A stretch of 64,000 nt of DNA from Trueperaceae bacterium (GTDB lineage Bacteria > Deinococcota > Deinococci > Deinococcales > Trueperaceae), in the NCBI GenBank assembly GCA_965213705.1, contig OZ243913.1, forward strand, positions 1,792,001-1,856,000, written 5' to 3'. A program made the position numbers and the translations under genes. The number at the start of each line of letters is the position of its first letter. The first letter of the stretch is position 1. Below, in pieces: positions 11,413 to 20,840 of this stretch. The notes beneath the pieces were generated by a model. It ran no database searches, had not been told where the DNA came from, and saw nothing but the letters and a program-made list of their open reading frames with translations.

Positions 11413-12696
11413 TTGAAACGAATCCTGTTGATTGCACTTTTAGGTTTTAGCCTCGTCGGCGTCGCCAGCGCCCAAGAAGAGGTCACCATCTGGTTTCACT
11501 CGTCGGGCGCGGCGGACATTTACGCCCAGCAAATCGAGCGCTTCAACGCCTCGCAAGACCAGTACCGCGCGACGATTACCGAGATTCCCGGCGGGGCCAC
11601 CTCGGGCTCGGGCTACAACGACGCCGTAAACGCCGCGGCGGTCGCGGGCGACTTGCCTTGCATCCTCGACCTGGACGGCCCCAACCTCTACAACTACGCC
11701 TGGGCGGGCTTTTTGGAGCCGCTCGACGTTTACCTGCCCGAAGGGTACATGGACGACTTTTTGCAGTCAATCGTCGACCAGGGCACCTACAACGGCCAAC
11801 TTTACGCCATCGGCCCGTCGGACTCGGCCACGGGCCTCGTGTCGACCCGGCAGGTTTTGGAAGAAATCGGCGCGCGCATTCCCGAAGGCTATGACGACGG
11901 GTGGACCTGGGACGAGTTCAACCAGTACCTCACCGCCGTCCGCGACCTGCCCTCGACCGAGTACGCCATCGACACCCGGATGAACTTCGGCGCGGGCGAG
12001 TGGTACACCTACGGCTTTTCGCCCTGGCTGCAGTCCTACGGCGGCGACCTCATCGACCGCAGCGACTACCAAAGCGCCGAGGGCGTGCTGAACAGCGAAA
12101 AGTCGGTCGAGTTTATGACTTGGCTGCAGAACTTGTACCAAGACGGCTACTCCACCCTGACGCCGCCGGACAACTTCGAGTTCGTCAACGGCAAGGCGGG
12201 CATGGGCCTGTTCGTCAACTGGATGTACAACGACTACAAAGAGAAGTACGGCGACGACCTCGTGGTCATGCCCGCGCCGAACCTGGGTGAGGGGGCCGTG
12301 TCCGGCATGGGCTCCTGGGCCTGGGCGATGAGTTCGCAATGCGACAACAAAGAGGGCGCTTGGGCGCTTTTGGAGTACCTGCTTCAGGGTGAAAACCTCA
12401 ACGAGTGGACCTCGCAGTTCGGCTCGATGCCCGCGCGCATCTCGGTTCTTGACAGCCAAGAGCGCTGGCAAGAGGGCAGTGACATGTACGTGTTGCGGCA
12501 ACAGCTCGAGCAGGGCGTCGGCCTGCCCCGCCCCATCACCCCGGCTTACCCGACCATCACCACGGCCTACGCCACCGCGATGGACAACATCATCAAAGGG
12601 GCCGACGTCGAAACCGAACTCGACACCGCGGTTGACAAAATCGACCAGAACATTCAGGACAACCAGGGTTACCCGAACACGAACGAAGGACAGTAA
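11413..12696 (+). CDS. Sugar ABC transporter substrate-binding protein (CUT1)
   Basis: Signal peptide ..ASAQ; AGDLPCILDLDGP; TTG start after GGGAGA. Confidence 0.9.
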   Translation: MKRILLIALLGFSLVGVASAQEEVTIWFHSSGAADIYAQQIERFNASQDQYRATITEIPGGATSGSGYNDAVNAAAVAGDLPCILDLDGPNLYNYAWAGFLEPLDVYLPEGYMDDFLQSIVDQGTYNGQLYAIGPSDSATGLVSTRQVLEEIGARIPEGYDDGWTWDEFNQYLTAVRDLPSTEYAIDTRMNFGAGEWYTYGFSPWLQSYGGDLIDRSDYQSAEGVLNSEKSVEFMTWLQNLYQDGYSTLTPPDNFEFVNGKAGMGLFVNWMYNDYKEKYGDDLVVMPAPNLGEGAVSGMGSWAWAMSSQCDNKEGAWALLEYLLQGENLNEWTSQFGSMPARISVLDSQERWQEGSDMYVLRQQLEQGVGLPRPITPAYPTITTAYATAMDNIIKGADVETELDTAVDKIDQNIQDNQGYPNTNEGQ

Positions 12697-12702
12697 GCCG
12701 TC

Positions 12703-12730
12703 GTAGGGGCGGGTTTCAAACCCGCCCTAC
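12703..12730. repeat. GTAG-type REP hairpin
   Basis: GTAGGGGCGGGTTT-C-AAACCCGCCCTAC, after the SBP gene. Confidence 0.75.
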
Positions 12731-12766
12731 CCCAAAAACCTACCCCTTAAAAAGAGAGGTGAGGGT

Positions 12767-13840
12767 ATGGCCCTGAACTACCGCGCTCGAGAGCGCCGCG
12801 CCGCTTGGCTCATGAGCGCGCCCGCCGTGGCGCTGTTGCTGATGTTTTTCGTAACGCCCCTGGTGCTCGGCTTCGGCTGGAGCTTTACCAACAAGCGGCT
12901 TATCTCGCCGTTGCCGACGCAGTTTATCGGCCTGCAAAACTTCGACCGGCTGCTGAGCTTGAGCGTCCTGACCCTGCAACCCGAGCGGGACGCGTCCGGT
13001 GAAATTCTGCGGGACGCGGCTGGGAACCCGGAGTACCCCCGCATCCGCAGCTTGACGCGGGGGGATGAGAGGCTCGAGGGCTTCCGCGAGTGGTTCCGCT
13101 TTTCTGTAGGGGGTGCGCCGCGCGTGGTGCTCGCCAAAGACCCCGCCTTTATGCAGTCGCTCGTCAACACCTTTATTTTCGTGCTCTTTATCGTGCCGGG
13201 GCAGGGGGGACTGGCGCTCCTGCTGGCGCTGCTGGTCAACCAGCGGCTGCGCGGCATCCAGTTTTTCCGCACCGCCTACTTTTCGCCCATCGTCACCTCG
13301 ATGGCGGTCATCGCGGTGGTGTGGACGTTTCTCTACAACCCCACGCAGGGTTTGGTGAACACGTTTTTGGAGACGGTGACGTTTGGGGCGGTGCAAAACG
13401 TGCCCTGGCTCATCAGCACCGACACCGCGCTCGCCGCGGTTATCGTCATGTCGATTTGGCACTCGGTCGGGTTGCAGATGATTATTTTTCTGGCGGGTCT
13501 CCAGGGCATTTCCGAAGCGCTTTACGAGGCCGCCCGCATTGACGGGGCGAACGCGCTGCAACGCTTCCGCTTCGTCACCGTGCCGCAGCTGCGCAACACC
13601 ATCATCTTCGTGCTCGTCAGCACCACCATTCTGGCTTTTCGGGTGTTTACCCAAGTTGACGTGATGACGCGCGGCGGCCCCGAAGACGCGACGCGAACGG
13701 TCGTGTTTCACGCGGTCGATACCGGGTTTCGGCAACAACAAATCGGCTACGGCTCGGCGGTCACGGTGGTGTTTTTCGTCATCGTCTTGACCATCGCCCT
13801 TGTGCAGCGTCGGCTGTTGCCGCCGGAAAGCGCGGTGTAG
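12767..13840 (+). CDS. Sugar ABC transporter permease
   Basis: EAA loop YEAARIDGA; multiple TM segments. Confidence 0.92.
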   Translation: MALNYRARERRAAWLMSAPAVALLLMFFVTPLVLGFGWSFTNKRLISPLPTQFIGLQNFDRLLSLSVLTLQPERDASGEILRDAAGNPEYPRIRSLTRGDERLEGFREWFRFSVGGAPRVVLAKDPAFMQSLVNTFIFVLFIVPGQGGLALLLALLVNQRLRGIQFFRTAYFSPIVTSMAVIAVVWTFLYNPTQGLVNTFLETVTFGAVQNVPWLISTDTALAAVIVMSIWHSVGLQMIIFLAGLQGISEALYEAARIDGANALQRFRFVTVPQLRNTIIFVLVSTTILAFRVFTQVDVMTRGGPEDATRTVVFHAVDTGFRQQQIGYGSAVTVVFFVIVLTIALVQRRLLPPESAV

Positions 13841-13842
13841 CC

Positions 13843-14781
13843 GTGGCACAGCGGACTTTGACGAGCGTGCCTAGCCACGTCGACTCGAGCGGCGTCGGAC
13901 CGAAACGGCCCTGGCTGCGCGTGCTCGACTACCTGTTGATGACCCTCCTGGCCGCCTTTTTTCTGTTCCCGATGGTGTTCATGATGGTCTCGGCGTTCAA
14001 GCCCGACAAGCAGATTTTCGACGACCTGCAAACGCTTCTCTACGCCTTTGTGCCGCGCAACGCGTCCTGGGACAACTTCCGCTTCGTGTTCGGGCGGGTG
14101 CCCTTTTTGCGCTACATGTTCAACTCGGCGCTCATTACCATCGTGACCGTCGGTTTGGGCCTGTTCGTCAACAGCATGATTGCCTACACGCTGGCGCGGC
14201 TGCGCTGGCCGGGGCGCAACCTCGTGTTGGCGGCCGTTATCGCGCTCATCATCGTGCCTTTAGAGGCGATTTCGATTCCGATGCTCGTGGTGGTGAACGA
14301 GCTGCCCTGGCTCAACATCGGCTGGGCGAACGGCCCGACGTTTACGTGGGTGACGAGTTGGCTCGACTCGTACCAGGTGCAGATTATCCCCTTTATCGCC
14401 TACCCGTTCGGGATTTTCTTGTTTTACCAGTTCTTTTTGGACATTCCCAGGGAGTTCGACGAGGCGGCGATTGTGGACGGGGCGAGCCCGTTCGGGATTT
14501 ACTGGCGAATTATCGTGCCGCTGGCCCGGCCGGCGTTCGCGACCGTGGCAATCTTGCACTCGCTGGTGATGTGGAGCGCTTACCTATGGCCGCTGATGAC
14601 CACGCGCGGCACCGCGTACCGGCCGCTGACCATCGGCATTACACAGATGTACTTAGAAGACATCGAGTGGGGCGCGATTATGGCGTACGCGTCGATGGCG
14701 ACGCTGCCGCTGCTGCTGATTTTTTTGATTTTCCAGCGCTGGTTCATCCGCAGCGTGGCGTCGTCGGGTGTGAAGGGGTGA
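13843..14781 (+). CDS. Sugar ABC transporter permease
   Basis: IPREFDEAAIVDGA EAA loop. Confidence 0.92.
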   Translation: MAQRTLTSVPSHVDSSGVGPKRPWLRVLDYLLMTLLAAFFLFPMVFMMVSAFKPDKQIFDDLQTLLYAFVPRNASWDNFRFVFGRVPFLRYMFNSALITIVTVGLGLFVNSMIAYTLARLRWPGRNLVLAAVIALIIVPLEAISIPMLVVVNELPWLNIGWANGPTFTWVTSWLDSYQVQIIPFIAYPFGIFLFYQFFLDIPREFDEAAIVDGASPFGIYWRIIVPLARPAFATVAILHSLVMWSAYLWPLMTTRGTAYRPLTIGITQMYLEDIEWGAIMAYASMATLPLLLIFLIFQRWFIRSVASSGVKG

Positions 14782-16235
14782 CGTTCAAGCTCGAGCCCCT
14801 TTTGACGCGCCGCCTGGAGCACAGCCGCCACCGCCCGCGCTACCACTTTTTGCCGCCCGCCAACTGGATGAACGACCCGAACGGGCTCATCCGCTGGGGC
14901 GACGAGTATCACCTGTTCTACCAGTACAACCCCGTCGACGCCGCCTGGGGCGGTATCCACTGGGGCCACGCGGTGAGCGGCGACCTCGTTCACTGGCGAG
15001 ACGAGGTCATCGCCCTGTCGCCCCAACCCGGCACGCCCGACGAGGACGGCTGCTGGTCGGGCTGCGCTGTCGACGACGACGGCACGCCGACTCTCTTTTA
15101 CACCGGGCTGAGGGGCGACTCGGCCCGGACGGGCAGCCAAAACGTCTGTGTAGCGACCGGCTCAACTGACCTGAAAGTTTGGAAGAAATTCGAAAATAAT
15201 CCTATCCTCGAGCCCCCCCCTCACCTCCCCCTGACCGCCTTCAGGGACCCGAGCGTGTGGCGGCAGGACGGGGTTTGGTACCTCTGCATCGGCGCAGGCA
15301 TCGAAGGGCGGGGCGGGGCTGCGCTGCTCTACCGTTCTGAAAACTTGCGCGCCTGGGACTACCTCGGCCCGCTGCTCGTGGCGGACGAGCTAGGAGATGA
15401 CCTGACCCGCGCCGACGTTTGGGAATGCCCGCAACTGCTCGAGTTCGGCTCCAAACAGGTTCTCCTGTTCAGCGTGCTCAGGCGGGACGAGACGCCCCGG
15501 ACGCGCTACTCGGTCGCGCTGGTGGGTGAATTCAGGAACGCGAAGTTCGACGTCGAAACGGTTCAAAAACTCGACCACGGCGACTTTCACTTTTACGCGC
15601 CGCAAACGTTGCGTGACCGTGACGGCCGCCACCTCGTCTGGGGTTGGGTCCAGGAGGGCCGGAGCGCCGCGGCGCAGCGGGCGGCGGGGTGGTCGGGGGC
15701 GATGTCCTTGCCGCGCGTGGTGACGTTTCAGCGGGGCGGCCTCCACTTTTCTCCCGCCCGTGAAATAGAGACCCTGCGAGACACCTGTCTGACGCTGGCC
15801 GGGGAGCAGGCTGTTTCCGGTGACCAGTTGGAAGTCGTCGCGGTTTTTTCACCCAAATACGCGTGTGGGCTGACCCTGGCCCACGGCGGGACGGAGCAAA
15901 CCCGCATCGTGTACGACCCGGCCCAGGGCTGTTTGAGTGTAGACCGCGCGCGCAGCAGTTCGGACGCGAGCGGGGCACCGCACACGCACCCCAACGAAGG
16001 CGCGTTGGCGCTTCAGGTGGGCGAAGCTTTGACCCTGCGGGTGTTCGTCGACCACTCGGTCATCGAAATTTTTGCCAACGACCGCTTTTGCCTGACCACG
16101 CGAGTGTATCCCCAGGGTCGGGACCGTTTGAACGTCCAGCCGTTTTTTAGCGGCGGGGCGAGGTTGCTCGAGTTCCAGGCCTGGACGATGCGCTCGATTT
16201 GGCAGCCCGCCCGAACACCCGAAGTCGGTAAGTGA
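14778..16235 (+). CDS. Glycoside hydrolase family 32 (beta-fructofuranosidase/sucrose-6-P hydrolase)
   Basis: WMNDPNG, WSG, FRDP, WECP catalytic motifs; GTGA overlap with permease. Confidence 0.92.
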   Translation: MTFKLEPLLTRRLEHSRHRPRYHFLPPANWMNDPNGLIRWGDEYHLFYQYNPVDAAWGGIHWGHAVSGDLVHWRDEVIALSPQPGTPDEDGCWSGCAVDDDGTPTLFYTGLRGDSARTGSQNVCVATGSTDLKVWKKFENNPILEPPPHLPLTAFRDPSVWRQDGVWYLCIGAGIEGRGGAALLYRSENLRAWDYLGPLLVADELGDDLTRADVWECPQLLEFGSKQVLLFSVLRRDETPRTRYSVALVGEFRNAKFDVETVQKLDHGDFHFYAPQTLRDRDGRHLVWGWVQEGRSAAAQRAAGWSGAMSLPRVVTFQRGGLHFSPAREIETLRDTCLTLAGEQAVSGDQLEVVAVFSPKYACGLTLAHGGTEQTRIVYDPAQGCLSVDRARSSSDASGAPHTHPNEGALALQVGEALTLRVFVDHSVIEIFANDRFCLTTRVYPQGRDRLNVQPFFSGGARLLEFQAWTMRSIWQPARTPEVGK

Positions 16236-16256
16236 GGGGCGTCGGTTGAGGAACGC

Positions 16257-17630
16257 TTAGCCTGTCCTAGAGCCCTCCCCGTCGTCCTCACTCGTCGTCG
16301 CCACGCGTGTCCGGGTGGCGGCTTCGCCGGGGATTTTGATGTTGCTGGCGATGGGCGGGACGAGGTGTTTCTCGCGGTAGGCCAGGCGCTCGGCGGCGGC
16401 GCGGTAGCCGCTCAGCAGCGCGCCGTGGACGGTCGCGGCGCGGTGTTCGGGCTCGGTCGCCTCGCCCGCCCAATAGAGCGGCGGGGTCGGGGCCGCGAGG
16501 CGTTCGCGTGCGCCGTCGTGACCGGGCAGCACAAAGCTGTAGCCGCCCCGCGTGTAGGGGTCGTCTGGCCAGTTGACGAGGTGCGTGGCGGTAGCTTTTA
16601 GGTCGGGCCGGCCGAGTTCTTCGCGCAGGGCGGCCAACCCGCGTTCCAGCGCGCCCGCCTCGCCCGCGGCGAGCAAGTCCACCGCTCCGTCACCCGACAC
16701 GAAGGCGGTCCAGACGGTTTCCGCGCCGGCGTGCCCGAAGCTCGGCGACCACCACATGGGCGGGTTGAGGCGGCTGTAAAGCGCCATAATGCCCTCGTCC
16801 AAAATCGGCTCGGCAAACTTGTAGACGAGTTTGATGACCGGCCCCATGCGCAAGCCCGCCAGGGCGAACTGTTTCGTGTCGGGCAGGGCGGGCGCAAAGT
16901 GGACGGCGTCGGCCTGCAACACGCCCAAAGGTAGCGCGACGACGGCCGCGTCGGCGTCATGGGTTTGACCGTCCAGGGTTGTCACGCGCACGCCGCCATT
17001 AGCGACCCACTCGAGTCTCACCACGGGGTCGCCCGCGTGAACCTCTAAGTTTGTAGCCAAATGCTCGACGAGCGTGTCGTAACCGCTCATCAGCCGGTAG
17101 TCGCCCAGGCCGCCCTCCTCACCCTTGCCGCGCAGCGCGGCGAGCATGGCCTTGGCGCTCAAAAAGCGCATACTCTCGCCGCACGCGTTGGCGTAGGAGC
17201 GTTTGACGTAGCGCAGTTGCGTCGCGTCGAAGCCGATGCGGCTCAAGTAGTTGCGCCAATTTTCAAAGGGCAACGGCTCGACCTCGGGCAGCGCCCAGGA
17301 GCGCGTTATGTCGAAGTCGGGGTGGGTGGCGCGGGCGTCCGCCATCGTCAGCAGCGCACCGTCTTCAAGCCTCACCAGCGAGTCGTCTTGCTTGTTCCAG
17401 TGCAGCGTCGGCAGCTTGAGGTCGCGGATGAGTTCCCAGGTTGCGGCCCGTTCGCCGTGGATAAATTCGGCTCCGAATTCGACCGGTACGTCGGCGAACG
17501 TCCGGTCGGTGTAGGCGCGACCGCCGAGGCGGTCTTTGGCCTCCAAAACGACGACCTCTTCCCCGGCTTCTCGCAGCGCTTTGGCGGCGGCTAAACCTGC
17601 GACACCCGCCCCTAGGACCAACGTGCTCAC
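16257..17630 (-). CDS. Flavin monoamine oxidase family protein
   Basis: VLGAGVAG..LEAKDRLGGR, GAEFIHG, WPDDPYTRGGYS, AGEAT..TVHGA. Confidence 0.9.
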   Translation of the reverse strand: MSTLVLGAGVAGLAAAKALREAGEEVVVLEAKDRLGGRAYTDRTFADVPVEFGAEFIHGERAATWELIRDLKLPTLHWNKQDDSLVRLEDGALLTMADARATHPDFDITRSWALPEVEPLPFENWRNYLSRIGFDATQLRYVKRSYANACGESMRFLSAKAMLAALRGKGEEGGLGDYRLMSGYDTLVEHLATNLEVHAGDPVVRLEWVANGGVRVTTLDGQTHDADAAVVALPLGVLQADAVHFAPALPDTKQFALAGLRMGPVIKLVYKFAEPILDEGIMALYSRLNPPMWWSPSFGHAGAETVWTAFVSGDGAVDLLAAGEAGALERGLAALREELGRPDLKATATHLVNWPDDPYTRGGYSFVLPGHDGARERLAAPTPPLYWAGEATEPEHRAATVHGALLSGYRAAAERLAYREKHLVPPIASNIKIPGEAATRTRVATTSEDDGEGSRTG

Positions 17631-17679
17631 AAACTAAGTTTCATGCTCGAATCACGCCGCAACCCTCACAAACCCAACC

Positions 17680-18357
17680 TCATACCAAAGCAACCCTGAA
17701 AGCAGGTTGGGGAGCGGGGCGCTCGAGCCGTGCGGGCGTTTCCCAGACGATGAGCATTCCGGCGTGCTCCGCCTGGTGGTCCCATGAGTAGTTTTCTATC
17801 AGGGTACGGGGCGTAAAGCCTTTGCGCATCTGTACGCTCACGGTGGGGTCGAACAGTTCACCGCGCATCACCTTGCCCGCATATTCGCGCAACGACATCT
17901 CGTGTTTGAAGTTCTTGTACCCTTTCAACATACCGCCCGCGTAAATGCCTTTGAGGTTCAGGCCTTGCGCCAGGTCGAACTGCGCTTTGTACAGCGCGGA
18001 GCCCACCCCCATCCCCTGGTAGTCGGGGTGGACGGCCTTTTCGACACCGTAAAGCCAGGCACCCTCGGGCGCGTGGTTGACGATGTTCAAGTCGCCAATC
18101 ATCTCGCGCCAGCTCAAGGGTCTGGCCGACGGGGCGTAGTCGGTGCGCATCGCCACCGCCACGCCGATAACTTTTTCGCGGCCGTCCACGTTGGCAACGG
18201 CGACAAACTGGCCTTCCGGAAAACGCCGCACCTGTTCGGCCAGCTCTTTTGAACCGATACAGCCTTGGGTTCCCACGGGAAAATCGTTGGCGAGGCACAC
18301 GACCTCGTGTACACCGTCGCCGTGGCACCTGCTCGGATTGACAATCCGGTACGACAT
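17680..18357 (-). CDS. GNAT family N-acetyltransferase
   Basis: RFPEGQFVA, AVHPDYQGMGVGSALY acetyl-CoA motif, FDPTVSVQ; start could be 18378. Confidence 0.85.
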   Translation of the reverse strand: MSYRIVNPSRCHGDGVHEVVCLANDFPVGTQGCIGSKELAEQVRRFPEGQFVAVANVDGREKVIGVAVAMRTDYAPSARPLSWREMIGDLNIVNHAPEGAWLYGVEKAVHPDYQGMGVGSALYKAQFDLAQGLNLKGIYAGGMLKGYKNFKHEMSLREYAGKVMRGELFDPTVSVQMRKGFTPRTLIENYSWDHQAEHAGMLIVWETPARLERPAPQPAFRVALV

Positions 18358-18522
18358 GCTATCTCTATGGCCTCTCATAACGTCGTTTGGACACCCGCCT
18401 CTAACGTTGGTTTGAGGTGTATGAGTTCGTTACAAATTGGGAAAAACGAGAAACTATCTTGGGGCGGCGGGGGTGACTTCGACTTGGTCAATCTTTAGGT
18501 TGGAGGCGTTACCTCTAAAACC

Positions 18523-18696
18523 TTCAAGACGACTGTAAAACTTTGTCGAGAGTTGTACCTCTAAAACTCGTTAGAGATACTTCTGAGGTCTCCCCGTACC
18601 GGTTTCTGCTTCTCCACAACCTTCACGCGAGAGTTTTAGCCTCCCGAAACCCCAAGGTTTCTTTTGGTTAACTCACCACTTTAGGGCTGTCTTGAA
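18523..18696 (-). ncRNA. Candidate structured RNA in long leader (unassigned family)
   Basis: Five compatible helices read by eye; TGCTACACT extended -10 on the minus strand at 18729-18737. Confidence 0.4.
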
Positions 18697-18934
18697 ACTT
18701 TCACGCTCCCTTTCGCTCGTCTTGCTCCAGTGTAGCACAGCCTGGGGGTTTTGGGCAGTCGCACGTTCTCAAGATTCAGCGCAGCTACGGGAGTAGCCGA
18801 GGCGGGCTGTCAAGGTAAAAGCGAAGTTGATTTCCGCAGCGCGGCTGCTACCCCCTGAGGCCACCCCTAAGACGGTGCGACTAAACGGTGCGAAACTGTG
18901 ACCTTTTTAACAACCTGTGTTAGAGTAAACCCTG

Positions 18935-19690
18935 ATGTTTGCAACCGTGCGCATTTTGTCGGATAGTGGTCCTGTGCGCGTTGAACTGGCGAGGTGGCGT
19001 GACCAGCTTGTGGTGGTCAAACGGCTCAAGTCGCACTCGGTGTTTCTTGCCGAGCGCATTCGGCGTGAGGCGGAGGTCCTGAGCAAGCTCGAGCATGAAA
19101 ACATCGTTCCTTTGCTCGGCACCGAGGCCGACGCCATTATCTACGCCTATTACCCGGGCGTCAACTTAGCCGAAGCGCTGGACCTCGGGCCTATCCCCAT
19201 GACCCGCAGCGTCAAAATCGTCGCCGACGTGCTGAACGCGCTCGCTTACGCACACGACCACGGCGTCATTCACTGCGACGTCAAGCCGAGCAACATCTTG
19301 GTGCGCGGCGAAAAAGCGCTGCTCGCCGACTTCGGGTTTGCCAAAGACCTGGCCCTGACCGCCATCACCGACCAAAACGTGCTGCTCGGCACGCCCAACT
19401 ACATGGCGCCTGAGCAGTTTCGCGGCGACCGCAGCGACCCGCGCAGCGACCTGTACGCAACCGGCGCAGTGCTCTACCACATGCTGTCGGGTTCGCCGCC
19501 GTACGGGGGGCAAGTTATCCGCTTTTTGATAGGCGACGACAGCGTCGTGCTCGAGCCCCTGCCGCGCGAGGTCGGCGACGTTGCCGAAGTCATCTACAAG
19601 TCCTTGTCCCGCCTGCCCGAAGCGCGCTTTCAAACCGCCGGGGCGATGTTGGCGGCGCTCAGCGACGTCGGCTACGCCGTCAGCCGTTAG
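18935..19690 (+). CDS. Hanks-type Ser/Thr protein kinase (kinase domain only)
   Basis: VVVK, HCDVKPSN, DFG, GTPNYMAPE, SDLYATG. Confidence 0.9.
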   Translation: MFATVRILSDSGPVRVELARWRDQLVVVKRLKSHSVFLAERIRREAEVLSKLEHENIVPLLGTEADAIIYAYYPGVNLAEALDLGPIPMTRSVKIVADVLNALAYAHDHGVIHCDVKPSNILVRGEKALLADFGFAKDLALTAITDQNVLLGTPNYMAPEQFRGDRSDPRSDLYATGAVLYHMLSGSPPYGGQVIRFLIGDDSVVLEPLPREVGDVAEVIYKSLSRLPEARFQTAGAMLAALSDVGYAVSR

Positions 19691-19830
19691 CCGGGTCGCG
19701 CGAGCCGTTTGTGGGTGGTCGCCAGGATGTCATGTTCTCGCGCCGACGCCCGAACGGCCGGTGGTTCTGTAGCGACAAACCGCGAACCACGCCACCCGCT
19801 CACGCGACGAACACTGTGTAAGCGGACGCC

Positions 19831-20775
19831 GTGATTCTCGCGTTTAGCGGTGACCCGTTTTTAGCTCCTCGAGCGGCGCAACGCGCCCTCAAAGCCCGAG
19901 GCTTTCACGCCGAGGAGGTGACCGAACTCGGCGAAGGCATGACGGCGGGCGAAGTCGCGCAACTTGCCGCGCAGTCGGGTTTGTTCGGGCAAACGGCGCT
20001 GCTGCTCGACTTAGACGCGGCCTTTAAGGGTCAGGGCGGCGTCAAGCCACGCAACGACGTCCTCAAGGTTTTGGAAACGGTGCCCGCCGAGACGTTTTTG
20101 GTCGTGATTGACTTAGGCGCGACGGCCGCGCGGCAAAAAACCTACAAGGCTTTGGGTGAACACAGCGCTCACCCGACGCCCCGTTTCGACGCGCTCACGC
20201 ACTGGATACGCCAAGAACTCAGCGAAGCGGGGCTGCGGTTTGAAAAAGACGTGCCGCAAACCCTCGCCGACCTGTTCGGCGAGGACCTGCCCGGCATCGC
20301 CAGCGAGGTGCAAAAGTTGGCAGCGCTGGACGAAGAACTCTCACCGGACCGCGTCCGCGAGGTTGCAAACCGCCCGGCGGCCCGCGACGCTTTCGACTTT
20401 ATCGAGGCGACGGCCCAGGGCGACGCGGGCGCGGCGCTGCTGGTTTGCAGGAGCCTGCTCGCCCAGGGCGACGCGCCGCCGCGCGTGCTGGGCGCGCTCA
20501 CCTGGCAGTACGGCCTCGTCGCGCGCTGCGTCGGTCTGCGCGAAGGTCGGGCTCGAGTCGACCCCGCTTTGGTCACCCATACCCTCAAAGTCAAACCCTT
20601 CGTTGCCAAAAAAGCTCTGTCTATCGCCCAAAAGCTCGACGAGGCGAGCCTCAAAAAAGTCCTTACCGCTATCTTGGACGCCGACGTGGCGATGAAGACG
20701 GGCAAAGACGAAAACTGGGCGTTGGAGGCTTTGGCCGTCACGTTGTCGGGCTTTTTTAAGCTTGTCCAACGCTGA
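19831..20775 (+). CDS. holA: DNA polymerase III subunit delta
   Basis: QSGLFG, DL..IASEVQKL, AFDFIEA, KPFVAKKA, DADVAMKTG. Confidence 0.85.
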   Translation: MILAFSGDPFLAPRAAQRALKARGFHAEEVTELGEGMTAGEVAQLAAQSGLFGQTALLLDLDAAFKGQGGVKPRNDVLKVLETVPAETFLVVIDLGATAARQKTYKALGEHSAHPTPRFDALTHWIRQELSEAGLRFEKDVPQTLADLFGEDLPGIASEVQKLAALDEELSPDRVREVANRPAARDAFDFIEATAQGDAGAALLVCRSLLAQGDAPPRVLGALTWQYGLVARCVGLREGRARVDPALVTHTLKVKPFVAKKALSIAQKLDEASLKKVLTAILDADVAMKTGKDENWALEALAVTLSGFFKLVQR

Positions 20776-20840
20776 ACCCGGCCGACCCTCGGATTTCTCG
20801 CGTCCGGTTCGTCTCCAGGGCGAGCTATACTTGCGAAGGT

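Noticed and set aside
14346..14777. N-terminal extension of the GH32 ORF, and similar extensions in the ORF track for acpS, rpiA, ABC ATPase, aquaporin, HAD and trpE
   Set aside because: They overlap upstream genes or promoters; better starts exist at coupled or RBS/-10-supported codons.
18469..18483. GGGGGTGACTTCGAC resembling a tmRNA 5' end
   Set aside because: No tRNA-like 3' end (T-arm, CCA) and no tag reading frame at the expected distance.
18510..18570. GTTTTAGAG (minus strand) twice, and again twice at 22944-22968, resembling the start of type II-A CRISPR repeats
   Set aside because: Only 10-12 bp shared, no ~36-bp repeats with regular spacers, no cas genes.
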